From: the human T2T-CHM13v2.0 reference genome, Homo sapiens
NCBI RefSeq assembly: GCF_009914755.1
Contig: NC_060926.1
Direction: 5' to 3' (one strand)
DNA length: 64,000 nucleotides
In this document: positions 27,471-44,287 of the stretch, piece after piece
Layout of the letters: each line of letters starts with the position of its first letter
How positions within the stretch are numbered: position 1 is the first letter of the stretch
Program-made: the position numbers and the translations under genes
Notes under the pieces: generated by a model
The model's input: only the letters and a program-made list of their open reading frames with translations
Told to the model about the DNA's origin: nothing
The model's database searches: none

Positions 27471-30400
27471 AAATAAAAAGAGCATTTATTTTAAATTGCA
27501 CCCCTCTGGGAGTTTGGGGGTGGGAGTTTTTCTGAGGTCATTTATTTTTAAAGCACAGAAACTCTTGCATGCTGATATGTCTTAAAAGGAAAACTTTGAC
27601 AATTAGAGAGGAAATGCCAGTCTGTTTACTCATCTGTTTCAGGATAAGGCACATTTGTACGTTTGGTTCTATAACCATTGAGTATTAAGAATAAAACCAT
27701 GCGGACAGTATTTACTGATCTCTGTTTAGATCCCACTGGGTGGATTTTTGAAGACAAGGATATGCTGTCCTGTTGGCTAGGTTTCTTGTACCCTAGGGGT
27801 TAGCTGCTTTCTTGCCTCTTAGTGGTATTGTTTGAGAATTAATCATGATTGTCTGAATAAAGTTTTTGAAAATTGTTTTCTTGGATGCATTTATTTTCAA
27901 AATGTTCTGCCTGAATGTTAGGAGATTCTATAAGACATAAAATGGCTTCAAGTGCTTTTAGTTGTAGTCTTCTGAAGGGTCCAAAAATGATACTGGATCT
28001 TGTGGAAGAAATCTTTCAGTTTTCTGTAAATATGGGGGGGGGGGTGTGTGTGTGTGTGTATGTAGAGTTATGTGGTTATACAACCTTTAAGAAACATTAG
28101 TGCACTGTAAGGCGGGGACTGCACAAAAGGTGCCCTAACACATTTAATGCCCTAGTTAAATGCATTGCACAAGTTCCGTTTTCTGGAGCTGGATAAACAG
28201 AACATCTTTCTTTTTCTATTCTAAGCTTCTATCGCCCCACCCCACCTCAGCCACTTCAGTGGCACAATAAATGGAAATCTTATTTCCTGCCTCTGCAGAC
28301 CTATTTACCTGAGTGTCTAAGTGCACCCTTGCCTTTCTCAGGCCTTCCCTTCCTGAAATATGCTTTTACTTTCATCTCCTTGCCTTCGTTGCCCTCATTT
28401 TTTAAAGCTGTCTCTAATGCTGCACTCTATGTACTTTAATCTGTGATGTTGGATGTTGCCATTCTGCATAGCTGCCTTTAAACATTCATCTCCCAGATTG
28501 ACATTTTCTTCCATTATGAATTGAAATCCCTTTTCACAGCCTGTAATGGTAAAAACATTTTAAAATAAAGAACTGTTATCAAAAGCCATTTCTGCCAATT
28601 TAAAACGCCTTATTGGATGGCTTTATTCCCTTTGATAATTTTGTTATCTTTGCAAACTATGACTTTGACTTACTTGTATGCGTATATATTTTTATTTATT
28701 ACGAACAGAGAGGTTCTTATAGATGTCTGTGTGTCCCCTTGCCCTTTCTGGACTTTTATTTTTGGACTTAAGGGAATTGATGATTTTAAAAGAAGCAAAG
28801 GAGTGTGTGTGTATGAGTGACAGAGGCTATATGTAACCTGCAAAGTCTGAAATATTTACTGTCATACCCTTTGTAGCAAAGTGTGCTGACGCCTTATGTA
28901 TTTAAAATACTCACTAAAAATGTGTCGTTTTGGGGATCTCTATCTTTTTCCCCAAATTAAAGCTCTTAAACGTGTGAAGTGGTGAGAATGTTAGAGCCTG
29001 AGCTGACCGGTTGTGGGGAGGTTCTAGCTGTGATCCCTGTTCCTCAGGGTTACCTTCCAGGCCCCAGTCTCCCATCTGAGACAGTGTGATTGCATTTGAT
29101 GCTGTGCGATGGAAAGCATTTTGGGGTAGGTGGGACTGTCTGTGGTGTGTAAATGTTCCAATGGAAACACCTGCCAGTGAAGCTGGAGGAGGTAAATTAC
29201 TAGTCATTGATAACATAGTTTTCATACCCTGGAGAGGTTGCATCGTCCTACCTGGCATTTCTGCCTGCAGTAACAGGAAGGGTGATTGAAATGTGCTTCC
29301 CATCACTTAATCAAGGTGGGGAATAAAATAGGTCATAGTTAAAAGAAAACAGTATCTATTCAAGGGTTAAGAAATATGCCAGCTGTGCTGGTTGTTGCAG
29401 TGAAACATCTTTAATTCCTCTTAAATGTCTTTAAGCTTCTGCTGAGGAATGTTACATCTACTGGAGAATCTCTGGTGTCTTGTTGCCCAGAACCAATATT
29501 GTATTGTTCACGTGGATGCCCCTAAGAGATTTTCACTTTCTGCCCGTGGCATCATCGTGATGCTTTCTTTGTTTGACCGTATTCCCCTTGCCCTTGTGCA
29601 GTTAAAGCTCCTGGCTCCAGAGTGCTAGATCCACCCAGCTTTGTGCTTCCTGTTCATACATAAAACTTCTCTCCCTACTTTGTGCCTTTCTAATGAAAGG
29701 ATACTGGAAGTTAGAGATCTTTTATTGCCTCTGAAAAACAAACCAAACAGAACAACATGTTTGAGAGTGATTATAGTGAGATGGTAAAGTAAACTTGAAA
29801 TGGAAACCCCCCTCCCCCTCCCTCTTCTCTTAAGCCTCGTTTTATTGCAGCCTGCATAAAATCATAGTGCTGGAGCCCAGCTGCTCCAAAGGCTGAAGGT
29901 CCTCATGCTTACAGCATGCTTTGGAAACTCATCTGCACCACATTTGCAATTAATGAAAATATTTGCTTTGCTTGTTATAAACAAAGTTTATGGGCAGAAT
30001 TTATAATTAGGAAACTTTTTAATTCTTTTTCCCTTCAATGCCTAATTTCTCTTGTGTCATGTTGGAGAATTATAAGTATTTAAGAAAATAAACCTTTTCT
30101 CAATGCTGTTTATTTCTGGTGGTGGTACATGTATTTCTCCCTTCTTTTGTGTCCTCATGCAAATTAAAGGACTTGAAATCTGGGTTTTTATTTGTTTTTG
30201 TATAGGTCAGTAATACTCATGTGTGAGTAGGGGAGACAGTGCCTTTGTGGCCTGTCAGGCCATCCCACAGCCATTTGACTAGCTGGGTCTGTGATTTAGC
30301 CTATGTGAGAACAGCCACAGGGCAATGTAGCTCTCTTCAAACCACATGGAAAACCAGTGTCACCTCTTCAAGGTCCCCCACACGTCTTTTGTATGTAATG

Positions 30401-30999
30401 TTCTGGGGCTGTGGCCTCAGTGCTTTCCAAGTTCTGATCTGTCTCTTGGTGATTCTTGCTTGTACACCCATGAATTAGGTGACGTGATGTGGTTCTTGTA
30501 GGCACAGCACCTGCTTGCATTCTCAGTGTGAGAGTGAGGTGGTGATGAGAAAACAACCATCCCTCAGCTTTTACAAGTTTGTCGGGTCAGAGGGCATCCG
30601 GCTCCACTGCGCGCTGGCATCATGGTGCAGCCTAGCTCTGCCTTAAGATCTGTTTCCTCGCCAGACAGTTGAAGGGAAAGCAGCTGGGAAAACTCGTGAC
30701 CTGGCCGAAAGCCTCGAGGTGGTTTCTCAAAGATTCCAGACTCATGCACAGTGCTATAAGACTGGCCCCTGTGGTTCTGGGGATTGGTGACAATGGTATC
30801 TTACAGTGCTAGCTAGCAAAAGAGGGTGGATGAAGCTTGTGTGTGTGTGGGGGGGTGGTGGGGGCCAGCCTGGGGGCCACTGCTGTCCACACAGCCTCTA
30901 GGAGGAAAGGCCTCTAACTCCTGTCTGCTTCTCTCCCTTGAGGACAGAACTTTGTCCTGGGCATTTGCATGAATGTCCTTATTTTTGTAACGCCAGTGA

Positions 31000-31319
<320 letters not shown>

Positions 31320-31530
31320 CTAGTGAGTTTTCTGATCTGTCTTGTTTCTTCAAATGCCAGTCATTTGGGCAGTGAGTGATAAATCTTTAGTTTCCCAGGT
31401 TTATAAAAACCGTCCATGCATAGGTAACCCAGGAGAGACTAAAATTATCTGACTTTGCTGACATGCCCATTGTGGGGCTTTTCTGTTCACTGCTCTGCTG
31501 TGAGTTCCCTTTAAAAGTAAGGCATGTGCT

Positions 31531-31893
<363 letters not shown>

Positions 31894-32484
31894 CTACTTC
31901 CTCTTGACTCCTAACACAAAAAACAAGCACAGTGATACCACTTGAAACTTGATGGTCTGGTTTGTATCCCCTTTGAGCCTTGTACACAAAAATCTGCAGA
32001 ATTTAGTTCCTGCCTAGCTAGGCAGCTTTCATTGTTTCTTTTTTTAAAATCTGGTCTTTGATTGTGTGTGTGTATGTGTGGTTTTTTTGGTTTGTTTTTG
32101 GAGCCAGGAAGGCGTGGCAAGGACTGGTTGGATAGCTTTTGTCATAGAGACTGGTGTGCTTGTGGGAAAGTTTATACATCTTTCAAATTCTGCTCTCTGT
32201 GACTTAGAGTTTGAAGATGCTTTTTAAGAAGCAGGTAATGATTTACATTCTTTCCCTGCACATCCTCAGTTCCATCTTAGTACACACTAACGAGCGGGGA
32301 AGGTGATTGGTGGGAAGAAGCAGTCAGAGGAAAATGTGTTATCTGAATACATGAGGACTGGCTGTATTTTTTTTTTTTTTTTTTGGGAGACTAGTTCCAG
32401 CCAAGATACTCTTTCTTGTATATATTTTTTAACATTGTGATTACATCCTTTCTGCTTCTTAAGGTTCTGTCTACCCTAGAATGT

Positions 32485-33039
32485 TGTTAGAAATGCTTGT
32501 TCCCTGGTGCCACAAAGAAATAGCACTCAAACATAAATTTAATTATCTCAGCAAGGCAGTTTTTACTTTCTGCAGAAAGGGTGCTCATCACAGATGGAAC
32601 AATGGCGAGAGCACACCTGGACAGGGGAGGGGCAGGAGTTCTTATTCCTGACGCAGGTAGCCCCTGCTGCTGTGTTGTTCCCCTATTGGCTAGGGTTGGA
32701 CCACACAGTCTAAGCTAGTTCTGACTGACTGTTTTAAAGAGGGCAGGGGCATGAGCCAGAATGGCGGGGTTTGGTGGGAAGGACGGTGAGGAACAGGTAA
32801 CTAAAGGTGACTTAGGTCAGAGCAGGTGACCGGGATGAGTCAGGACAGAGCAGGTAACCAGGGAACAGACGTGAACTACTAATTAGGATTGGCGGGAAAG
32901 TTGTTGACTGAAACTAGAAGCGAGAAGCCAAAGAGAACCAGGAAGTTAAACTTTAAAATGGAGAATCAAAGAATAAGAGCTGAACATACTGACATACTGG
33001 TTTTTTTGAGGAGAAACTTGGGGTTTGCCATATTTAACA
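32485..33039 (-). mobile_element. LTR10A (HERV-I family ERV1) solo LTR with 4-bp TSD ATGT
   Basis: TG...CA termini, with ATGT at 32481-32484 and 33040-33043. The minus-strand read TGTTAAATAT...CAGTATGTCAGTATGTTCAGCTC...CCTGCTCTGTCCTGACTCATCCCGGTCACCTGCTCTGACC matches the recalled LTR10A consensus. Confidence 0.85.
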
Positions 33040-33684
33040 ATGTTTAATTTCCTAATAGTAAGCTTGTTTGTTCCCAAGCTTGTTTAGGGGTGGAGTGTCA
33101 AGCGGAAGCTGCCTAATAAGTGAGCAATGTTTCCAGTCCCATGACTGGTTTGGGGCTGTTTGAGTTTTAGGAGGGTGGCCCTGTGTCATGGGGAGTGTTG
33201 AGTAGATGGGATGGGAGCCAAGGGATGGTGCTGGGGAGGAATGTGGATGTAGACTACACTCTCACTTAGTCTTTTCTTATTAGAGAGGAGCAGTGGAGGC
33301 CTGGGAGTTCTGGAAGGGTTGGTATCTGAATCTGTTTTACTGATACTCATGTAAGGCTAGTAAGCCCTCTCCTTTTCCTTTTCTGAGATCAAAGCTTCTT
33401 GTGGATCATTCATACTTGACCTTGATCTAATCCCAGATCAGTGGCTTCCTGGATCCTTTGTTAGGGATTGAAACCAGATCAGTTAGGGTAGTGCAGAAAG
33501 GCACATGGAGCAGAGTTCACTGATGCTTGAGTTTTCCCTCACAGGGTAAAAAGTTTCAAGAGTAGTGGGGGAAAAGTCATTTAAAAAAATTCAATACACA
33601 CATCTGATATGTGGGAATTATATTCTGAGAATATAGTTTATAGGAGTTAAATTTGCATCAACTTATAATGAATGGATGGTTTAA

Positions 33685-33945
<261 letters not shown>

Positions 33946-34203
33946 TAGTACCTGCATTGAAAATAAGCAAAACTAGTGCCCATGAGAAATCTTCTGGGAC
34001 AATGTTTTTTCTTTGTCGCAGTATCTTCTAGAAGAAATAAATCTTTTTTTTTTTTTAATTTAAGGAAAAAGTATGGTTTTAATAGATTCATCCTGTTTGG
34101 ACTACCAGGCTAGATTTTTATAAAGATTTAAGATTTTGTTATCAGTACTGATGTTAACCAGCAATTTTGTTGTTTTCTTGCTGATGAATTAAGGAGCACT
34201 ATA

Positions 34204-34546
34204 CAGTTATGGCACCGACTAATGATGTTTCTTTTGATCAATGACAAACTGCATGTATGATGGTGGTCCCATGAGGTTATAATACTGTGTTTTTACTGTA
34301 CCTTTTCTATGTTTAGATATGCAGATACTTGCCACTACATTAATAGTTGCCTACTGCATTCAGTATAGTAACGTGCTGTACAGGTTTGTAGCCTAGGAGC
34401 AATAGGCTATGCCATATAGCCTAGGTATATAGTAGGCTATGCCACCTTGATTTGTGAAGTACACTTGAGGATGTTCGCACAATGACAAAATCACCTAATG
34501 ACGCCTGTCTCAGAATGTATCCTCATCATTAAGTGACACATGACTG
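34204..34546. mobile_element. Tigger3a/MER7A (TcMar) DNA transposon
   Basis: TA-flanked cagttatg...catgactg termini. Internal gtacaggtttgtagcctaggagcaataggcta. Confidence 0.85.
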
Positions 34547-35574
34547 TAATCCAAACTCATACGTGGTGTGTTTAAAGGTTATGGATGTAGGCAAATGTCA
34601 TCTGACAATAGTCTATTTATTACTACCTAGTATATACTGATGTATTTCATTTGATTACATCATCTAGCATTTGAACAGCTATAAAGTTTGTTTGTGAAAA
34701 CTCAGACTTGTAAAGGGGGGTGGGGGAAACAGACTTTGGATTATTCCTATTATACTTTGGAAGTATTTTGGCTTCCCTCTATCAATGTGTTTTACACTTA
34801 ACATTACCCAAAAAAAACAAAACAGAACTTTGAGAGGTTATGATTCACATGTGAGGAAAGCCTTTCTAAAATGCTGATACCTTGAGTTTTAAAAATTCTT
34901 GGATTTTTTTTTTTTAAGGTTTGTGGAGTGTTTACAAAAGGCGGATAATTTGGGGCCCAGTTGATCATATGCCAGTGTAAGGATTCTTCTCAATTACATG
35001 TAAACATATTCAGAATCTATCAAAAATGTGCCTAGGGCTGTGAAATGGTATCTGTTTCTCTGATTTCCTGGTAATATTTGTATTACTTGAGATCACCTAT
35101 GCTGACTCATTTAGTAGATCTTTGAGGTTTATGTGCGGGTAAAATTAGGAGGGCACCCTTAAAGGCTCTGAATGTTAGAAACGGTGCTATGAATTTGTGA
35201 GTGTCCAAAATCTTTTATTGTTGCAGAATTTTCTGGTTTAGGACAACATTGTTTACAATCCATTAATTAGCTGGAACTCAGGAACCTTTTTGGTATGAAG
35301 TAATTTCCTGTGCCAAGGAATTTGACCTGTTTATCAGTATTTGGGGAAGTTCCTGGAATGTCCGTCCTTCCTTCTTTGCCCTCCCTCACTGCTGTATCTC
35401 TTTGTCACATTTCTTCTCTTCCTTCAAATCATAGTTCCCACACTGCCTGTCATACTGGGTTATCCTGATTGGAATTACTCTTCCCAAAAAGTATGCACAG
35501 TGTTTTACTTTTTCTTTATTATCAGGTACGTCATTTGTCCTTTTCCCCTGAATTAGTGGGTATATTGACCAAAA

Positions 35575-35605
<31 letters not shown>

Positions 35606-35620
35606 TTTGCTTGGCTACAC

Positions 35621-36063
35621 TGTAGTCATGCTCCTGAACTTTCTCCTAGGTCTGTGTGTGTGTGTGCGCACACATTTTCTTGTAAAATCCAGGTTTAGCT
35701 AAGAAGCATGCTACTAAGTTTAGCAAGAACGCCTCCCCACCCCCACCCAAATCTGATTAGATTCCTCATCCTCCACCATCTTCCAGGTGACATCTGGTCA
35801 CCCTGACCTGTCTTTAACAAGAATTGCCTTCCTACCCCTGATGTTGCCTCTTAGTAATTTTTCATGCACCGATACCTACCCTGTTCCTTGGCTATAAATT
35901 CCCACTTCCCCATGCGGTATTTGGAGTTGAGCTCAATCAACTCTTTCCCTAACTGCAAAATCCTACTGCATTGGTCCCTATATGTGTTAAGATGGTCCTG
36001 AATAAAGTCTGCCCTACTATGCTTTTAAAAGTATCACTGAGTAGTTTTTTCTTCTTAAAAACA
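35621..36063 (+). mobile_element. MER31-like ERV1 LTR
   Basis: ggtgacatctggtcaccctgacctg, cccctgatgttgcctcttagtaattt, TATA-like ctataaa (35892-35898) and AATAAA (36001-36006). Confidence 0.7.
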
Positions 36064-38354
36064 TTATGTGCTTCCTCTGTTTGATGCTTGAGGACAAACA
36101 AGATGTCTTATACCTCATCTCTATATAATAGATAATAGAGATAATTCAGAAACTATCGATATTTTTAAGGGATCTCTGTTGAAGGTAATGCCAAGTGCAG
36201 AGATTTGACCTTTTGTACAATTTGCCTACCTATAGTCTGTGCTACTGCAAATGAATTAATGTTGCTTGGGCCTTAGGACTGGGGAAAACCTGAGAGACTT
36301 CAGGGAAGACTGCATGTCAGATATAATTTTATTCACAAATTCAGTGTTTTAGTGGGACTTTAGGTGGGATTGAATGGCATGGCAAGCCTGGAGAGTGTGG
36401 CTACCCAGAAAGGTTTCATGGAGGTTACAGGCATGGAGGCAGAAGAATCCCTGATGAAGCCATGTCTCCTTATATGTGTGTGGACCACATTAGTTTTTGT
36501 CTTTTTTCAAGAAAATATCCTCAAGTTTTTCTCCATAGGAATGAAATTTATTTTTGCTAAATTCTTTGCAAGGCCTTAGAATAGAAGGTTAATAGTTCTG
36601 AAACATACAAGCTTCTGGTGGATTTGGGATGTTCTCTCTATTAGATGTTTTTGGTCCAAATGATAATTAAATAAACTAAGCAGATACATCTCTAACGGAG
36701 CAGTGCTTGTTCACTGCCCAAATTTGTACAGCAAATTAGTGTCTCACAGTGGTAATTTGGCTTCATTATCTTGGTAATTTTAATTGGAAAAGTTTAGGGC
36801 AGAGATGCTGTTTAAAAATGGCAGTGACTCAATACATCAAATGATGAACAGTATTTTTTTTCAGTGTCTAACACAGATTTCTGCTTAAACCATTTTGTTG
36901 GTAAAAGTATCCAGAGCTCTAATGTTCTACCTGCCTGGTTTTAATAATTTAAAAAAAAAACTGACATATGGTTGTGAATGTGTACTGGATTTAAAAAGAC
37001 TCATCTATTTTAAAAGCTAGCACTGTTGCTGCTAATGGTAGAGTCAATACAGTGTGTCTGCAGCACCCAGAGGTATGGAGCCACTCCCCTCCTCTCCTTC
37101 CACGCCGGCCCCACAGTGGGTCATGCTCCAGGGTCGTGCCATCATTCAGACATGTGCTCCGAAACTACCTTGATGACTTTTGTTCTGATTTGTAAGATGC
37201 CCCCCACCCCTGCCAATTCCTCTCTTGTTCAAGGTTAAAAAACAAAAACAAAAAAACCAAACTTGTTTCAGTTGTTTGTATAGAAACTCTTCACTAATTG
37301 ATGCTAATCCAGAAACTGTTAGGGGCTGGAACAATTATTCTTGCAAGGATCAAATACTACAAACCCCTGTAAGAAGACACTCTGAACAACACAGCCTGTA
37401 ATAATAAAAATATGTATGTTAATACAATTGATGATTACTTCCTGGATCTTGGGAACTGTGGGCCAGAGATAATTTAATTAACCTTGCAATAATGTGACCC
37501 TGCATGTTACATGATTGAGTTTCTTACTTTCCACTCATATTGAGGTTATTATTTTTATTTACTCTTCTGCCACCTTCCTCCATTTATTTGGTTTTTTTTT
37601 TCATTGTTAGAAGATTGTTTTCTGAGTATTGTTTCAAAACTTTTGTTTTTAATGGTAAATATATTTTCTGTTAATGAAAACAAGGACCAGCATCCATTAA
37701 AGTAGTTCTGTGGCAGTTGCAAGTCTTTTTGGATTAAGAATTCATCAATATTTGTAATGTGTGCTGCTGTTTTCCAGAGAAGAGAAAAGCTCATTTCCTG
37801 TGATTTATTAGTAATATCATTAGATACTTTATAAAGTATCTGCATTTATTTTCCCAGATCACTCTGGGCCCATTATCAAACAATCAAAACATCATGAATG
37901 AATGAGAAGCAACCCTTTGAAATGCTGTGATGGAGTAAGACAGCAGATGGTGACAAGTGGGCGATACTGCCCTACTCCTTGTATGGAGACACTGGAGAGT
38001 GCCGGCCACTTCCGCTTCTGCCGATTCCAGTTCCAGTTCTGTCTCACAGTGGACATAGCTGATGTAGCAGTTTTGAAAACTTCTCTGCCTGTTTTGTTAA
38101 GGGAAAAACCACTAAATTGACAGGCTGTGGAGTAGAAGCCATATTGTCTCTTTGATTCTTGGACCATGAGTTAATGTCTGCGAAGGCACTCCCTCCCCCA
38201 ACCCGCAAGTATTTCTTGTAGAAAATCTGGAAATCCCATCGAGAAAGAACTACTGTGAACATCTTTTCTTCTAGTCTTTTGAAAAAAATCTGCTCCACCT
38301 AAACCTGAGACCACGTTATGTAACCCTCTTGTGTGCTGCTTGTGTCACTTAAGT

Positions 38355-38667
38355 TTTTTTTATTTGTTTTGAGACAAGGTCTTGCTGTGTCACCCAGGCT
38401 GGAGTGCAGTGGTGCTATCAAGGCTCACTGTAGCCTCAACCTCCTGGGCTCAAGCGATCCTTCCACCTCAGCCTCAAGTAGCTGGGACCACAGGCATGCA
38501 CCACCATGCCCAGCTAATTTAATTCTTTGCTTTTTTCTTTTTTTTCCTAGAGATGAGGTTTTTGCCATGTTGCCTAGTTTGGTCTTGAACTCCTGGCCTC
38601 AAGTGATTCTCCCAACTTGGCCTCCCAAAGTGCTGGGATTACAGGCATGAGCCACTGCACCCAGCTC
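38355..38667 (-). mobile_element. AluJ-type SINE
   Basis: Antisense Alu with ctcactgtagcctcaacctcctgggctcaagcgatcc. Confidence 0.9.
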
Positions 38668-38753
38668 TTGCTTAATATTTTATCACGAGCAATTTCCAGT
38701 TTACTTGAAGAGTTTGATATTTGTTGTCCATTGTTTCATTATTTTATAATTGA

Positions 38754-39093
<340 letters not shown>

Positions 39094-39899
39094 AGATACT
39101 TACTTTTTTAAAAAATTAGCATGTTATAATTTGTTTTCGCTATTCCTGGTGTGAATATTTTTAATTATGGTGAAATACATATAACAAAATTGACCATCTT
39201 AACCATTTAAGTGTACAGTTCAGTGGTAATTACACTCACGTTGTTGTACAACCCATCTTTAGAACTTCCAACAGGAATACTTTTGTCCAGTGATATTTAC
39301 AAACATCTCTGATATCTCCTTGGGGTAGCAGGTTCCCAGCAGTGGAATTACAAAAAGAAGTACAAAATAATGAAAGTATTGAGTCCCTCTATACCCCGCA
39401 AAAGACAACCACTTTTGATGGTCGCTCCTGCTTTGTTTCTATAGTACGTAACCAACAGTAACACATTTGCCCATTCCCCCAGCATTGGACAGGTAAGAGG
39501 TCCCCTGTTTTCTGCTAAAAAATAACATTCTTGTATATTAAGATTTAAAGGCATCTCTGATATTTTTATCAGACTATGAAAGTGAGTTTACTGGGCCAAA
39601 ACTTACTTGTTTAACATTGTAGATGAATTATTATATTCTTAATGGCCATTGGTAACTTTTTCTTTTGGAAATTCTTTGTGATAGTTGTCCTTTATTCTGC
39701 TAGGACAATATGTGTTTCTTATTGATTTAGCACAGCTTCATTGTTTTAAGGGTATCAGTCATGTATGTTTAAAAAAAAAAAAACTGTTTCTGGTTCGTTT
39801 TCCATCTAATTAGGTTACAGTGTTTTATGACGCACAGAAGTTTTTCATTTTCTCCAGTCAAATTTATGTATTTTTCCATTGTGATTTATTCCATTGCAT

Positions 39900-41440
<1,541 letters not shown>

Positions 41441-43341
41441 GTTGTGCCTTCACCCAGCCCTATTGTTCCTCTTCCCCCATTGCTCATCCTCTGGAAATTC
41501 CTATGCCTAGGTCAGAACCTTCTCCTTAGGAGTTGACCGTGGGTATGGCTTGCATCTCTTGCTTGGTCCAGCCTTTCTCTGTGCCTCTCCTTTTCTCTAG
41601 GTGAGAAGTAATATCCTTTTGCTCCGAGCATCTGTAGCACTGTGTCTCCTTTTTGCTCTGCATAACCCTTTATTTCGCGTCTCTGCCCTGACATTCTGTG
41701 ACATTCTCTGTAAGGACTGCTGTCTTGTCTTTGTTGACATCTTGTCATTCCCCCTTGGGAGCACTGAAAACAGGATCCAATTGTATCTTCAGAATCCAAT
41801 CACTTCCTTTATCCTGGTGATGGAGCATAGGTAAGTAACTGTTAAAACCAATAGGATTTTAGTATTTCCATGCCCATCAGTTCCATGTGATTGGTTGAAA
41901 ATACTAATGGACGCATAGGCAATTTTAAATGTAACAGTCCTTTACATTTAGAAAGCTGGGAATGTACCTTTCCCCATATCCAGAGAAAAGTGACGCTTTA
42001 GGTCCAGCCTCCCTCTTAGGGCTTTTCTGTCCAGGCGCTGAGCAAAAGGGAGTGTGTCTTCAACTGGGTTTGTCAGTAGCCACTCAGCCTTGCTTTCCTC
42101 CACTCCTGTCTCTCTCCCATTTTCACGCTTTGGCATTTTTTGCTGCCCGTTTCCCGCCGCCTGCAGTTAATGATGACTGGGTTTTATCCAGTCACACTTT
42201 ACAGCAGTGTCAGCTGCACCCTGTGGTGGTGTCAGATGGCGGCTGGAACAAACCCAGTACCATGCTCAGAAATGAATGTTTTCACCTCAGAGAAAATAGA
42301 TGAGGGCAGGGGCCTTGGTGGTGGAGATCTTTTTCATCATTTCTGATTTACAGAGAAACAGAAGTCACAGGAGCCCATGCAGGTGATTATATCTAGTGCT
42401 AATGAGCACTAGTGTAAAGCAGAAATAAACAGGAAAGAAAACCTGATATTCCAGCTCGACTCATCAGGTTTGCTGTGACAGGACTGCGCGTGCGTCTGCG
42501 TCTGTTGGCAGGGGTGGCTGGCTGCCTCCAGGCAGAGGGGCAGCCAGGGTTGTGCCAAGTGGAGGTGGGAAACTAAGATGAACACAGAGTGGTGATTTCT
42601 AGAAGGGAGAGCCCAGTGGGAACCAGAGTGCCTTACAAAAGGGAAACTGGTACCTTTGGGAAAAACTTCATTATTAGGGTCTGGAGCACTGAAACCAGAA
42701 AGCCTTGCCTGGGGTGGGGCCTATCGAGATAGTTAACTGTGCCATGCAGGGAGCCCCTTTTCTGGACAAGGGCTCTGAGAAGTATAATTTAGGAAACACT
42801 CTTCAAAGGAGATGTGATTTTCTTGTTACTTCCACCACCAACAAAGTCCTCTTTATTGGTCACAGGTCCTGAGTACAGCTAATGAGCTGACCTTTCGAAG
42901 AGGCTAGGAGAGTAAGTTCACCACCCTAAATCCAGAACTGGTGAGACTGCAGTTCAGCTAATGAGATGTGAAGGGTCCTGACAGATGCAGGCTGTCTCTG
43001 TCTGCCCCAGTCATGAGTGTGTCTGTCTGCCCCAGTCATGGGCAGGTGGACGCAGCTGGATTCATGTCCCGGCTCTGTAGGCTTGAGCAGGCCATAGGTG
43101 TTTCTTCCTCTGAAACATGGGGTAATAATGGGGCTTCTAAGATGTTATGGACTGCATGTTTATGTCCCCCCAAAATTGATGTTGAAACTGTAACCTCTAA
43201 TTAGGATGCTATGAAGAGATGGGGCCTTTGGGAGGTGATTAAGTTTTGAAATCAGGAGGGTGGAACCTCCATGATGGGATTAATGCCCTTATATAAGAAG
43301 AGGAAGGTACTAGAGCTCTTTCTGTTAGCCATGTGAGAATA

Positions 43342-44160
43342 CGGTAGTTCTTCCTTATCTGTGGTTTCAGTTACCTGCAGTCAACTGTGGTTCAAAAATA
43401 TTACATGAGAAATTCTTGAAATAATTGATAAGTCATAAATTGCATGCCATTCTGAGTAGCATGCTGAAATCCAGCTCTTTCCAGCCCAGGACAGGAATCT
43501 TCCCTTGGCCCAGTGTCCATGTGCTGCACACGCTACCCTCCTGTTAATCACTCAGTAGCCCTCTCAGTTGTCAGGCTGACTGTCACAGTATCACACCACA
43601 TGTATTCAAGTCAACCTTATTTTACTTAACTGTGGCCCCAAAGCACAAGAGTAGTGACGCTGGCAATTTGGAAATGCCAAGGAGAAGCTGTAAAGTGCTT
43701 CCTTTAAGTGGAAAGGCAAAAGTTCTTGACTTAATAAAGAAAAAACATTGTATGCTGAGGTTGCTAAGATCTATAGTAAGAATGAATCTTCCATGAAATT
43801 ATGACAAAGGAAAAAGAAATTCATGGTAGTTTTGCTGTCATACCTCAAACTGCATAAGTTACTGCCACTGTGTGTGATAAATTCTTAGTTAAGATGAAAA
43901 AGGCATTCCATTTATGGGTTGAAGACAAGAACAGAAAATGAGTTCCATTTGTTGGCAACATGTTGCCAAGAGAAAGCGTTGAGACTATGGAGAAAATTCT
44001 GCAAGAGAGGTCCCCTGAAATGAGTGACACAAAGCCATTTAGTGCAAGCGAAGGATATATGTATAGGAAAAAGCATAGTGTGTATACAGGGTTCAGTACT
44101 ATCCTCAGTTTCCACTGGAGGCCTTGGTATATATCCTCTGCAGATAAGGAGGCACTGCTG
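43342..44160. mobile_element. Tigger2-family (Tigger2b-like) DNA transposon
   Basis: TA duplicated at 43340-43341 and 44161-44162. Inverted termini cggtagttcttccttatctgtgg / cagataaggaggcactgctg. Confidence 0.8.
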
Positions 44161-44287
44161 TACAGTGAGTAGGCACTGTCCTCAGACACTGGTTCTGCTG
44201 GTTCCTTGATCTGGGACTTCCCAGCCTCCAAACTGAGAAATAAATTGTTGTTTAAGCCACCCAATCTATGTTTGGTTTTGTTTCTTT

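Noticed and set aside
42997-43040. Two-copy tandem duplication (tctgtctgccccagtcatg, 25-bp period)
   Set aside because: An ordinary slippage duplication with no further structure.
43845-44264. 139-aa and overlapping ORFs
   Set aside because: They lie within a non-autonomous Tigger2 derivative and MLT1A. There is no intact transposase.
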